A stretch of 62,923 bases of DNA, filler included, from Octopus bimaculoides (taxonomy: Eukaryota), in the NCBI RefSeq assembly GCF_001194135.2. It is 7 parts of 5 records of this genome, joined end to end, with 100 filler letters (N's around TTAATTAATTAA, not from the genome) between each part and the next. Parts side by side here need not be neighbours in the genome. Positions count along the whole stretch, not along the records: positions 47,000 to 56,458 come from NC_068995.1; positions 56,559 to 62,923 come from NC_068983.1; 5 more parts are not named here. One strand, 5' to 3'. A program made the translations under genes and the position numbers. The notes under the pieces were generated by a model. The model searched no databases, was not told the DNA's origin, and saw only the letters and a program-made list of their open reading frames with translations. Positions 51,808 to 62,923 of this stretch are shown here, piece after piece. The first letter of the stretch is position 1, and every line of letters begins with the position of its first letter.

Positions 51808-51881
51808 TTTGCTTTCATTGTGAACTGTATGGATGGCTTTATTGAGTTCACATGATTTAGTAGTACTTGGACATCCTCCGG
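51808..51881 (-). mobile_element. Penelope-like reverse transcriptase fragment, inverted
   Basis: Reverse complement reads PEDVQVLLNHVNSIKPSIQFTMKA, matching the Penelope RT motif L..LNS..P.IQFT.E. Confidence 0.75.
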
Positions 51882-51891
51882 GGGGGGGGGG

Positions 51892-52337
51892 CAAATTATG
51901 AACGATACAAAAGATATGGCATCAGGACAGTATTCAGAAGTAATAAAACACTTCGCAAATATCTTCTCCGAGTAAAACCACCCATAGAAGAGAGTATGAC
52001 CAAAAACTGCATGTACTCTATCCCATGCAGTTGTGGTAGGTTATACAAAGGCGAAACATGTCACCCCCTTAAAGTAAGGCTAGAGGAACATCGTAAAGCT
52101 GCGACACGAGGGGATGTTGAAAAATCGGGTATAGCCGATCATGTATGGAAAATCGGAGACCACCTCCTGCTGTGGGATGAAGTTAAAATAATCGATAGAG
52201 AACACCACTGGAAAATACGAAAATTAAAAGAGGCTACACATATGCTAGAACACAATAACCTCCTAAGCAGACCGAGTGTAGATATGAATGTAATTATGGG
52301 AACCAGCATAAGAAAAGATAAAATACTAAGTTTATAA
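51892..52337 (+). mobile_element. Penelope-like element GIY-YIG endonuclease (3' fragment)
   Basis: YGIRTVFRS..NCMYSIPCSCGRLYKGETCHPLKVRLEEHR..SGIADH..W..VKIIDRE..RKLKEA is a Penelope GIY-YIG domain. Confidence 0.92.
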
Positions 52338-52534
52338 GCCCTAAAATTCACTCCATAATTGCCAACAGGCATATAGCGTAATGGATAAGAGTGCGGGCTA
52401 CTAACCCTCGGATTCTATTTGAAAATTAGTTATGAAACACGTGTAGTCATTTTATTATCTTTATCTTATGATATCTACTTTGTATTATATTATACTCATT
52501 TATTGTGCCTTTAATTATTAATTTTTCTATATGT

Positions 52535-52690
52535 GACAGTGGATTTTCATCGATGAGTTCATGAACCTTGGTTCTTTTCCCTAAAACTATATATTTATAT
52601 ATATTTTACTCTGTGAAACTTAATTTAATTTTAATTTTTAATAAATTGATTTTAATTGAGTTTTTTACCTGTAATTTTGGATTTTATCCC
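52535..52690 (+). repeat. Copy of the 11880-12036 repeat downstream of the Penelope endonuclease
   Basis: gtgacagtggattttcatcgatgagttcatgaaccttgg..ggattttatcccta followed by (TA)n. Confidence 0.85.
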
Positions 52691-52938
52691 TATATATATA
52701 TATATATATNNNNNNNNNNNNNNNNNNNNNNNNNNNNNNNNNNNNNNNNNNNNNNNNNNNNNNNNNNNNNNNNNNNNNNNNNNNNNNNNNNNNNNNNNNN
52801 NNNNNNNNNNNNNNNNNNNNNNNNNNNNNNNNNNNNNNNNNNNNNNNNNNNNNNNNNNNNNNNNNNNNNNNNNNNNNNNNNNNNNNNNNNNNNNNNNNNN
52901 NNNNNNNNNNNNNNNNNNNNNNNNNNNGTATGTGTGTA

Positions 52939-52974
<36 letters not shown>

Positions 52975-53006
52975 CATACATATATGAATACATGCATGTG
53001 TATACC

Positions 53007-53360
53007 AAAGGTGGGCACCATTAATCGAAAAGTTAACTTCGTTAACTGTTAATCAGTTAACAAAAAAGTTAACTTTGATAACCGTTAATCAATTATTTCG
53101 TAGTGTTACAGAAGCTATCGATAAACCGTTAACGTTAATTTTTATTATAGTAAAAAACAAAAAATCAGTTTTTGCACTAAAACCAGCTTAAAAAGTGCCA
53201 AGCCATTAACTTCAATTCAATTGAAGTTAACGGAGGTTAATTCAAGTTGACTTCAATTAACGGAAATTAATTAGTCCGATAATGATTTCCAAAATTAACT
53301 TACAAGCTAAATCATTAACGAAAATGTTAACTTCGTTAAGTAAGGATTAACAGATAAACG
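53007..53360 (+). mobile_element. Probable hAT-type element end with dense TTAAC subterminal motifs
   Basis: Starts CAAAGGTGGGC; about a dozen (G/A)TTAAC motifs in 320 bp; no matching right terminus seen. Confidence 0.5.
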
Positions 53361-54034
53361 GTTTGGTGTATATATAGATGTGTGTGTGTGCATGTAAAAA
53401 TGTGACAGACAGAAAATGGAATTCACAAGACTCTTTATTCATTATCACTACGACCGTTTCGGCCCCTGATGCACCTATACCTTACAGGTGAGATGCTGTA
53501 CAAACAATCGTCATTTATTATAGTGCAGATGCACCTCCTCAGGTCACTTTTCAAAATGTCCCAAGCTTTTTACGTGCCTTTTCGCTTATTTCGATAACAA
53601 TTCATTTTGGTTAGTGTGGCATACTATCCATTTCCATAAGGAACTATGTATGTGTGTATTACACACATACATAGTCATATTCATTATACCTAATTGACAT
53701 AGATTAGACGGGTATTTGTCGTTGTGTATGTCACTTTTGTGTGCTATCGTTAAACCATAAAAAAAAATTTTACTTTACTTTTTATTTTTGTCTTTGGCCA
53801 GTAAGTGTAATTTCCTATTTGTTTATACCAGGAAGTCAAAGGAAATGATTACCATTCTCATCAAACTTTGCTTTTGTGACCTGCATATCAACGTTTTGAA
53901 ACTGACCTATTTTCCATTACATTTCAGATAGATTCAACAGTGACTTACTGGAGCAAAATTTTCAAACACTTTCTAGAACGTTCTAACAACATAGATGTCC
54001 GTATAAATACAGGGATCGTAAGCATAACAGTTCA

Positions 54035-54531
54035 GGGATTTTTCTGATTTGGTGGGCGCCATTTTTTATTTATGTTTTATTTAATGCGTTTTCTACCGAA
54101 ACACTTTAAAACTTCGTACACTTGTGTATTTTGTCTTATAGAACAGAGAAAATTTTTTATGTTCGAAGTTATTTCATGTTAAAAGTTGTCGTATTTCGGT
54201 AATTTCAACCAATCACTGACATCTATTGAGGTGAAAACAATTACTGCTGTGGAATGTAAACAACACGTTCTAGCGGTGTAATGGGATCTTTTCCCTCGAA
54301 TAAAATTAGTGCCATCGTTTGTCAACAACTATCAGCAGTACTGTTATTTATGTGATTGGTTGAAATTACCGAAATACGACGATTTTAACACGAAATAACT
54401 TTAAAAAGATAAAATTTTCTCAATAACACTAAGAGTAAAAGATGTTTTATATAACACATTCTACCAGTGTCCCAAGCTTGAAAGTGTTTCGTTAAGAAAA
54501 CAAGTGGCGCCCGCCAAATCAGAAAGATCCC
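54035..54531. mobile_element. Foldback MITE with long (about 180-bp) imperfect inverted arms
   Basis: gggatttttctgatttggtgggcgcca versus tggcgcccgccaaatcagaaagatccc; inner gtcgtatttcggtaatttcaaccaatca versus tgattggttgaaattaccgaaatacgac. Confidence 0.85.
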
Positions 54532-54965
54532 AGTTCAGTTTACTTCTAGCTGTGCAAGTGGAGTCAAGTTTGAGGAAGGCAAAGTTTGAAGGAAACATTA
54601 GCCCTTTTTCATACTGTCTAGGAGTAAGCAAATAGGAAATAATAATCGCTACCCAGGAACAAAAATCATGCCTCACTGTTATCAACCTCTTCATTGGCAG
54701 CGATACCAAAAATGTCATTTTTACTTTTCTGCTTTCCTAGATGTGTCGCTTCCCCTGTACCTGACAGCGTCCATGTCGCCATTTACTGTATATACAGATG
54801 TCTCTTGAGTTTGTGACCTACAATCCAGAAGAAACTTACCAAATGGATAGTTTTCACACACTGCTGCAACTACTGAACAGCAAGTGATATATCTGTGCAT
54901 TATATATCCTGCATATTTTCCTATCTCTCAAATATCAATCAGTTTTTCTTTGTTTTAATAATAAT

Positions 54966-55083
54966 AAAACACTTTCAATACAGTAACCATAATAGCATCA
55001 CAGCAAACCACAGCACATACCCAAGGCACACAGAGCTGTGTTCGGTAGTGAAGTGAAAGTACGCTATAAAAATAAAACTACTC
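54966..55083 (+). mobile_element. Extreme 3' end of the R4/Dong-like element, within (AAT)n
   Basis: Reverse complement of 60278-60380; AAT repeats on both sides. Confidence 0.75.
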
Positions 55084-56308
55084 AATAATAATAATAATAG
55101 ATGTAATACCAGGCTTCTCATGGCTTCTGATCTGAATTAATTGGAAGTGTTATCATATACATGTTTTGTCTTGGTGTAAAAAACGGGCTACAGTAAATAT
55201 TTTGCTCATTACCATAGATTTGCCTGTCAGTTGTTTGACCTTAACCAGTTGAGCATGTCCTTTAGTGGCTGACGATATGTGCATCTCTGATCATGAGCAG
55301 AAGTAGTGGGGAAACATCATAGCCATGTGTTGAGAGGAATTCTTTAGGGTTTGAATAGTTCCTCTTTGGAAACATTGGATTCATCATGCATTAACACATA
55401 GTTTCGAGATTTCGATGATGTGACGGTTTATTTTTAAAATGACATTGTAGGATAGGTGTGAGAGGCCAGATATGGCTGATTTGAGGATAAAACAAGTAAA
55501 ATATTTCAGCCGGATATGGCTGGTTTGAATGCTATGTTGTGTTGAGAGTTCTTATCAATTAAATAGACATATAAATGTCAAAATGACGATAATGGAAATT
55601 AAATTTAAGAAAAACTTTAAAATTTATATGAACACACATATCTATATTTGATATTACATCCTTTTTGCCAAAGGCTGGATGAGTGTATATTATCAAGATA
55701 TTATTTTACACCTAGATGCACTTCCTGTTGCTAACCCTTAATATTATACAAGTAGAGAAACTTTTTTATTCCACACTTTAGCAGAGCTAAAAATTGATAA
55801 CTGATTTGTTGATAGCAGATGTCAACAAATGTCATTGTTTGTGTGTGTGTGTGTGTGTGTGTGCATGTACAGACACTGCAATGGATATAGAGTTCCCTAA
55901 GTTCTTCTGTTCTATCAACTTGTGCTGCACATCATGCAGCTGTCTACAACTGTAACCTCAAGCTAACCAATATGTTGTGAATGAAATTGGTAGACAATAA
56001 CTATAAGGAAGCCTTGTTGTTATACATAAACCCTATTGTGTCTATATACCATCATCATTTAACATCCGCCTTCCATGCTGGCATGGGTAGGACAGTTTGA
56101 CAGGAGCCGACAAGGCAGAAGACTGCACCAGACTTCTGTAACTGATTTAGCAGGATTTTTTACAGCTGGATACTCTTCCTAACACCAACCACCCAGCAGA
56201 GGGGACTCACTGCTTTTTATGTGGCACACATATATATAATATGTGACCGAGTGTGTATCATTGGCGATTTTCTTTCTCCATCTTCCCTTCTTTGGACTTT
56301 TCCTATAT

Positions 56309-56343
56309 ATTTCTGATGAAGAGCTCCGCTCGAAACGTGAAAT
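56309..56343 (+). ncRNA. Minimal type-I hammerhead ribozyme motif (probably inactive, GUG at the cleavage site)
   Basis: attt-CTGATGA-a-gagc-tcc-gctc-GAAA-C-GTG-aaat: intact core, 4-bp helix II, 4-bp helix I, palindromic ACGT helix III. Confidence 0.7.
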
Positions 56344-59300
56344 CCTCTTTCTTTTCTTTCCTTTCCTGAGTGTCCAATAACATTGTACTTATTCCACGTC
56401 CTCACGTTGTTGTTTTTTCTTGCTTGTTCATGTTTGGATTGACTATATATTTGACTATNNNNNNNNNNNNNNNNNNNNNNNNNNNNNNNNNNNNNNNNNN
56501 NNTTAATTAATTAANNNNNNNNNNNNNNNNNNNNNNNNNNNNNNNNNNNNNNNNNNNNATTATTAATTGACGATTATCTGCCCTTATTCTTGTATATATA
56601 TATATATATATGCGAGTAAAAATAAATACAAAAAAAGGTGTTTTTTTTGTATGATTGTGTATAGAGGAATATATTATTTTGTTTCAAAGAGTTCCAGCAC
56701 TGTCTGTTTTTTTATGTTTTATTTATATTCCTGCAGAACCAATGTGGGGTATAGAATATGGAATATACAATATATAATAAAATAAAAATTGATGGCACCA
56801 TGAAAGAAAGTATTGAATGTAGATGAAATATGAGTGTTCAATATAAAGGATCAAATATATAAATATATAAAGGCGACTCGAGTTTCAGGGCTATACATAC
56901 ACACATATACGCACACATAAATATAAATCGTTTGACATATCCTCACATGATAATTTCGTGTGCATGTCTCAAATATAGGCTTCAACGACATTCCGATGAG
57001 AATGAACGGTTTTGAGAATTTTCGAATAGCTGCAAGCTATTTGAAAAATGTGTGTTTATATGATGGGACTTAGGTCACATGATATAGATTTTATTAACGT
57101 ACACCAGTTCTTTCCTTTAATGTTATGTTTCCGTGTCTGGGTAGCATTTTCTCAGGATGCTGCCGCTGCTTTGGCAGCTATGTGGCAATAAATTTATTTA
57201 CATCAATATCAGTTCCTTCATGCTACTCTCAAGTTGCCAAAATTCTACCGAGCGACTACTGAGAAAATCGTGCCACTCAACTACTGTAGGAGGTAATCCA
57301 TCGCTGGATGGCATTACAATACACATCAAGTATGACTGCAATAAAAAGAAATAAGAAAAATTGTGAGATACGGAAAACATCCACCGCGTTATCCGGTTTC
57401 ATCTGTGGAATGCTTGATCATCGAGAAGACTTAACACCAGACGTATATTATTGACATCACCTTGTCTTTCTCACATAGCGATTCAGAGTAACCCACTTAG
57501 TAGGGTACTTTACATACTCCTCTAACTATCTCCTTTAGTGAATAGCAATATTAACGAATTATTGCCAATAGCGGCACACCCACACAGTTAATGCATTTCA
57601 TACCTGTGTATGCTGATAATTTGGACAAACTGACCTAGCTAACTCGCGCACATGGTCAAAGTTTTTAACCCTTTCGTATATATTACACCTCACCGATTTT
57701 GTTGAAGCAAACGCGATTTTTAACCCAACAGTGTCAAAATAGTTATTCCCATGTAAAATCTGTTGTGATTAATAGATTTAAACTGATTCGAACGCTAAAC
57801 GTTGCCAACATCTTACCTGTATTGATGTTGCTAGATATACTATGGCGTTAATGTTCCACTCCATAATGTGGAAGTGGATTCCTGCCGACACCCTATCTGT
57901 AGTGTTTGCCATAAAGATGATAAAAATATTTACTTTGTCTTTGACCATGAGACCAGGGCTGGGAAACAGATGTCTTCACACATATTCAAACATTATAACT
58001 GCTTTCTAACCCTCCACGTATATCCGAATAACTACCGAGATAGATCTGCCAAACTGTTATTAAATATACACGTCGAAAGAAATCCCAACACAATGTATTA
58101 GCTTCGCGTTAAGAAAACACTTCTGTGCGTCTATGAAAAAAAATACTAAGTTGGAGATTTCCGAGTAATGATGTATTTTCAGAAACTAAATGTAGTGTTT
58201 TATTAGGTTTAGTTGGTTAGCATACAACATGAGTAATAAGTCTTGAGTAACTTAGTACAGATGAAGACAAGCCAATTCGAAGATGAAGCATCCATTGTAG
58301 TTTTAGCAAATCAACTTACAGAGGAATTACAACGAACGGTTGGAGTGTGGTTGTCAGTGGTTCATGCCAAACATAATTATTTGCCTTTGTTTTCTTTTTC
58401 TGATCAGTGAGTGCATTAAACTCCACGATTTGGGAGAAAAACTTCAAACTGGGCTGCAGGTTGTGATACAATATCACTTTACGCGTATCACATGGTTATC
58501 TTCAACTAGTAAAAATACTGAATAAATAACGACTAGTCTTTTGGAGGGAGGATTATTGAAGAAATAACATAGACTTGTGAGAATGAAAATGTGATTTTTA
58601 TGTAGAGATTGTAATTTGAGTTGGGGAGTTAGATTATAGCAAGCCGGGGTGACGTATTTGTCTTCCGGAGATATATACAATATGAGATCAGATTTTCTAA
58701 GCATCCGGATTCGGATAAATTCCACAAATATTGAATGAAAAGAGGAAAGTTTAGCAATTGAGTATAGATCTGATTTGAGTGTCGCGAACCGTATGTATAT
58801 TTCAGAAAGCTACGACAAGACCTGAGTCGGAATGTTTGTGAAACATCGCCCTTTCCATTTGTAGTGTTTTCAAAGATGCGCAGGGTTGTTCAAGATCTGT
58901 TGTAGGTGTAACATCTATGAAGATTGGTAACGGAACGTTTAATGTGTTTCGATATTCGTCCAATACTAACGGCATATGGATGAGTTCATAAATATTTTGT
59001 CTGAATACTAATGACCAAATGTGCACAACTTACAGTCATGTGGTGAATCGGAGAAAAATCTATTTCGTATATACATTGATCCAGTTACGCAGAGCTGAGA
59101 AATCGTGCATTCTCTTTAAGTTAAATAATTCCACTACACTACTTAATTCCAGAACCGAAAATTTTAACATATGCAAGCACATAGATAAATTTATATTGTT
59201 GAACTGGCGGGAAAGACCCTGCTCCCAAACTACGTCCTTCTCTTTCGAGCCTCTGATAACACAGACTATTTGATTTAATAAGGTGTTCAAATTTTGAAGA

Positions 59301-60259
59301 CTGCTGCTTTGATTTTATTATACTTTGGCAAAATACAATATTTTAAGAATATGACATAAGGAATCAAAAAAATCCAAATAAATCAGTTGAAAAAATGAAG
59401 TACCTCATCCAAAGCAGCAAGAATATGAAGGCTCGCAAAAAGACATGAAGCTTTTTTAAAGAATAAGTATATGTCCGGGAATAATCCGCAAAGATTTTAC
59501 TGCAGAATTGCAAGAAATAATGTAACTATTAAAACCACACTTACCTAGATGGAAGTACAAACGTTTGGGACACCGATCTGGTTACACCAAACAAAACACA
59601 TTAGTGGTGGTCCTCTCTGGAGACTCTGAACATACCATAGAGTAAATATGCAATACCTCAGGATCTCAGAACTCGACTGAGAGAATCCAGCAAATAAAAA
59701 TCACATAAGAAAAGAATAAAGTCATAAGATTTTGCTCACTGCTTTCCTTGAATCCTATGGGAGGTTGATCAACTACTACATTGAATGACCCCACCCCCGG
59801 GAAAATTCCTCCTTTACTAGTAAATGGAGGAAACTTCTTCCCCAAAATGAAGCGGCGAATAATCCTAAAACTAATGACGATTTACATACTCTATAAGCAA
59901 CGTATCAAATACTAGGATTCATTATAAATGAATATACATATACCTTCCTGATATTCCCCAGCCATCAAAGAATTTGTAGAGGAAAATTATCATAATAAAT
60001 ACTGTCTACATAAAAATACAAATACTATCAAATTCAAAGTACCTGTACTGCTAAAGCGTTTCAAAATTGAAATAAAACAAATTGAACAGAAACATGGTTT
60101 TCAGACTCTGGCGTCCTACTCGTACAATATGTCAGTACTAATCATACGTAACACACATAGTACAACGTAACATTTGCGGTTACTTGAGGTGTCTCGGTGA
60201 GATTTGGAACGATTCATATAAAATAACGCAACAAAAACATTATTATCATAATCATTATT

Positions 60260-60544
60260 ATTATTTTTATTTTTATAACGTGCTTTCACTTCACTACCGA
60301 GCGCAGCTCTGTGCGCCTTGGGTATGTGCTGTGGTTTGCTGTGGTGCTCTTATGTTTACTGTATTGAAAGTGTTTTGCGTAGAATGTGTGCAGTACCCAG
60401 TAGTGCAATTTTCTGTATGTTATATATATTTGTAAGTTCTGGTATTTTTGTTATGTATTTGTCTGAATATTTTTTTATTATACCTAAGGCACCTACTATG
60501 ATAGGAATTGTTTCTGTTTTTAGATTCTACATTCGAGTTATCTC
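60260..60544 (-). mobile_element. 5'-truncated R4/Dong-like copy (about 280 bp) in (TAA)n
   Basis: Homologous to 60670-60950; truncation point abuts (TAT)n at 60545. Confidence 0.85.
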
Positions 60545-60622
<78 letters not shown>

Positions 60623-60669
60623 NNNNNNNNNNNNNNNNNNNNNNNNNNNNNNNATTATCATTATTAAAT

Positions 60670-62923
60670 AGTCTTATTTTTATCACAAGCTTTTCACTTC
60701 ACTCCCGAGCGCAGCTCTATGCGTTGTATGCGCTATGGTTTTTGTGATGCTCCTATTTTTACTGTATTGAAAGTGTTTTACGTAGGATGTGTGTTGTTCA
60801 TAGTAGTTCTATTTTCTGCATGTTAATTATACTTGTTAATCCTGGTACTTTTTGTTATCTATTTGTCTTAATACATATTTTTATCATACCTAATGCGCCT
60901 ACTATGATTGGAATTGTTTCTATTTTTAGATTCCACATTCCAGTTATCTCTATTTCCAGATCTTGTTGGAAGTGTCTCCGTTTCTTTTAGAGAAAAATTG
61001 TTATCTATTGGTGTTGATACATTGATTAGAAAATATTGTTTTTTCCTATTGATCTCTGACAACTATATCCGGCCTATTGGCCATAATTTATCTGCCTGTG
61101 TATTGGCATATCTTAAAGTATGGTTGCTTTCTCATTTCTGTCAATTTTCCTAGTTTTTGCCTATACCATCTTTTTTCCGTTGTAATTCCATAGAGTTTTT
61201 ATAGCTTCCAGTGTATATAGGTCCCAAAACTGTCGTGCCTGTGGTTATATTATTTCTCATCAAAGACTGGACAGCCAAATACAATATGATTTATTGTTTC
61301 TTCTCCATGTCCACATGTTCTGCAGTTGCACGTTGTTTCGTGTTTTCATTACATTTGTTTGGCAATTCCAAGTGGAATGTCTTTGGTCTTGTGCTGCAAT
61401 TATAAATCCTTCAATCTCTGCTTTGAGTCCTGACCATCTCAGCCATTGTTTAGATGTAGCTCTGTCTCCGTCTTTTGTGTTTTGTTTAACCCCGCATTTG
61501 CCATGAAGGGGCCCTCCTTGCGATCGTTTTTCATGATCCGTTGCTGTTCCAGTTTTAGCTTGGATTTGAGTTGCTTTACAACTTTACATAGTTCATCCTT
61601 TCTTCATAGTTGTTAGGTACTATGGCTTCCTTTTTGTGCTTGTCAGCTTCTTTATAGAGTGAAAACTACTTTTATGTTTGCTCGTGGTTCTTGACTATTT
61701 GTATTTATATCCCTAGCTACTGAAGTAGGTATTTCTGAAATCATACGGTGGTCATTTCGTAATAGATTTCTAGCTTTGTAAGGCCTCTACCATACATGGT
61801 ATATATAACCTTTCTATATCACATTTTGTGTTGTGCTTCCTAAATCTTGTCATTACTTTTCTTCTTTTCCGTCTATTTGGATTAGTTCCTGTAGAGATCA
61901 ATTTAGAATAGTGTAACTGTAACTTATAACTGGGACGACTATAGTGTTGATACCTAGTATGGTGCTTTTCGTATTTAGCTTTGTTTGCTGCATTCATCTC
62001 ATTCGTCTACAGTATTATTTTCTTAGCTTTCATTTGTGTGTGTTGTGTCGTATCTACTTCATTGATTGTATGTCCGACCTTTGCCTACACCTTTTATTTC
62101 ATTTCCTTTCTCCAGTGTGATATTTCTACTCTTAACTAGTTTCCTGCTTCCAACGTTGCTTTGGCACATATTTCGAATGCAAATTTCATGTTTAACTCTT
62201 TCGTAAATCCATGTACTGTCTGTAGTAATGGCCCCAGCTGTTCATCATTCGTAGCGAACTGTTTTAGAACTTCCATACATAAGAGGTCAGTGATTGGTTT
62301 CCTGTAACATTTGTATCCACATCCAGTTATGTTTAGCATGTCAGATACAGGTGTCAGTTCCAACGAGAAAAGAAGTGGAGAGAGCTTGTCTCCCTGGGAT
62401 ATTTCTCTTCTGATGAGTACGTCCCTAGTTTTTATGATTCACCTTTTTGTCTGGATCTGTTTCACTGACTGCCATATATTCATAGTATATTTTATATATT
62501 TTATTATTATTGGTGCTACCTTGCTCATGGCAAGTGCTTCTGTGGTCCATGTGTGGGGAATACTATGGAAAGCCTTTTGGTAATCGATCAAGGACATATC
62601 AAGACCCTTCTTTCTGCAGCTATCTGCAGGTATAAATTTGTCGATCAATAGCTGCTCTTTGCATCGGTATGAACACTTACTTTGTCCTTACGTTGGTCCT
62701 CCTGGCATAGTACCGTTCTTCTTTTTGCCATCCATGTCGGTACTTTGATGCCACTACTCAGTATTTTATGTATCTGTCTCGCAATTCTCCTGTGCAGGGC
62801 TGTCAAGTTCGTAATCCAAATGCCCTGAACCCCACTTGCGCTGGGCGCATTCCATTTAGGGATATTCCTGTACTGATCTCTAATTATCTCCTCAGTTATT
62901 CTCAAATCCTCCTGCTGACACTC
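60670..62923 (-). mobile_element. Decayed R4/Dong-clade (RLE-type) non-LTR retrotransposon: RT and restriction-like endonuclease
   Basis: Reverse-complement motifs KWNAPSASGVQGIWITNLTALH, LIDYQKAFHSIPHTW, QGDKLSPLL..ITDLLCMEVLK..MKFAFEICAKATLEAG, and NRPDIVVRD..LINVSTP..KETE..IPIIVGALG; many stops and frameshifts; runs off the window end. Confidence 0.9.

Noticed and set aside
54720-54900. Possible exon with acceptor at 54740 or minus-strand donor near 54839
   Set aside because: All frames close quickly and no partner exon was found.

Overview
AT-rich, gapped eukaryotic scaffold dominated by microsatellites and decayed transposons. The tRNA-derived SINE families and repeat spectrum suggest an octopus/cephalopod genome (inference). 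One intact protein-coding gene is recognisable: mitochondrial small chaperone Tim8 (13018-13281, +). A DNA-level inverted duplicate of it lies about 5.7 kb upstream and is now a pseudogene (7034-7301, -). The rest is a transposon graveyard: a Helitron split by a solo LTR, Tc1/mariner, Merlin, hAT-type MITEs, gypsy, RTE, CR1, L1/Tx1, R4/Dong copies in (TAA)n, Penelope-like fragments and many SINEs. The most unusual signal is five short, unrelated elements carrying minimal type-I hammerhead ribozyme motifs with covarying helix I; all appear partly decayed. There are also three long hairpins, several candidate housekeeping promoters and a stop-poor unique region near 57-59.6 kb. No CRISPR, rRNA or bona fide tRNA genes were seen. 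All comparisons were made by eye; no database searches were run.
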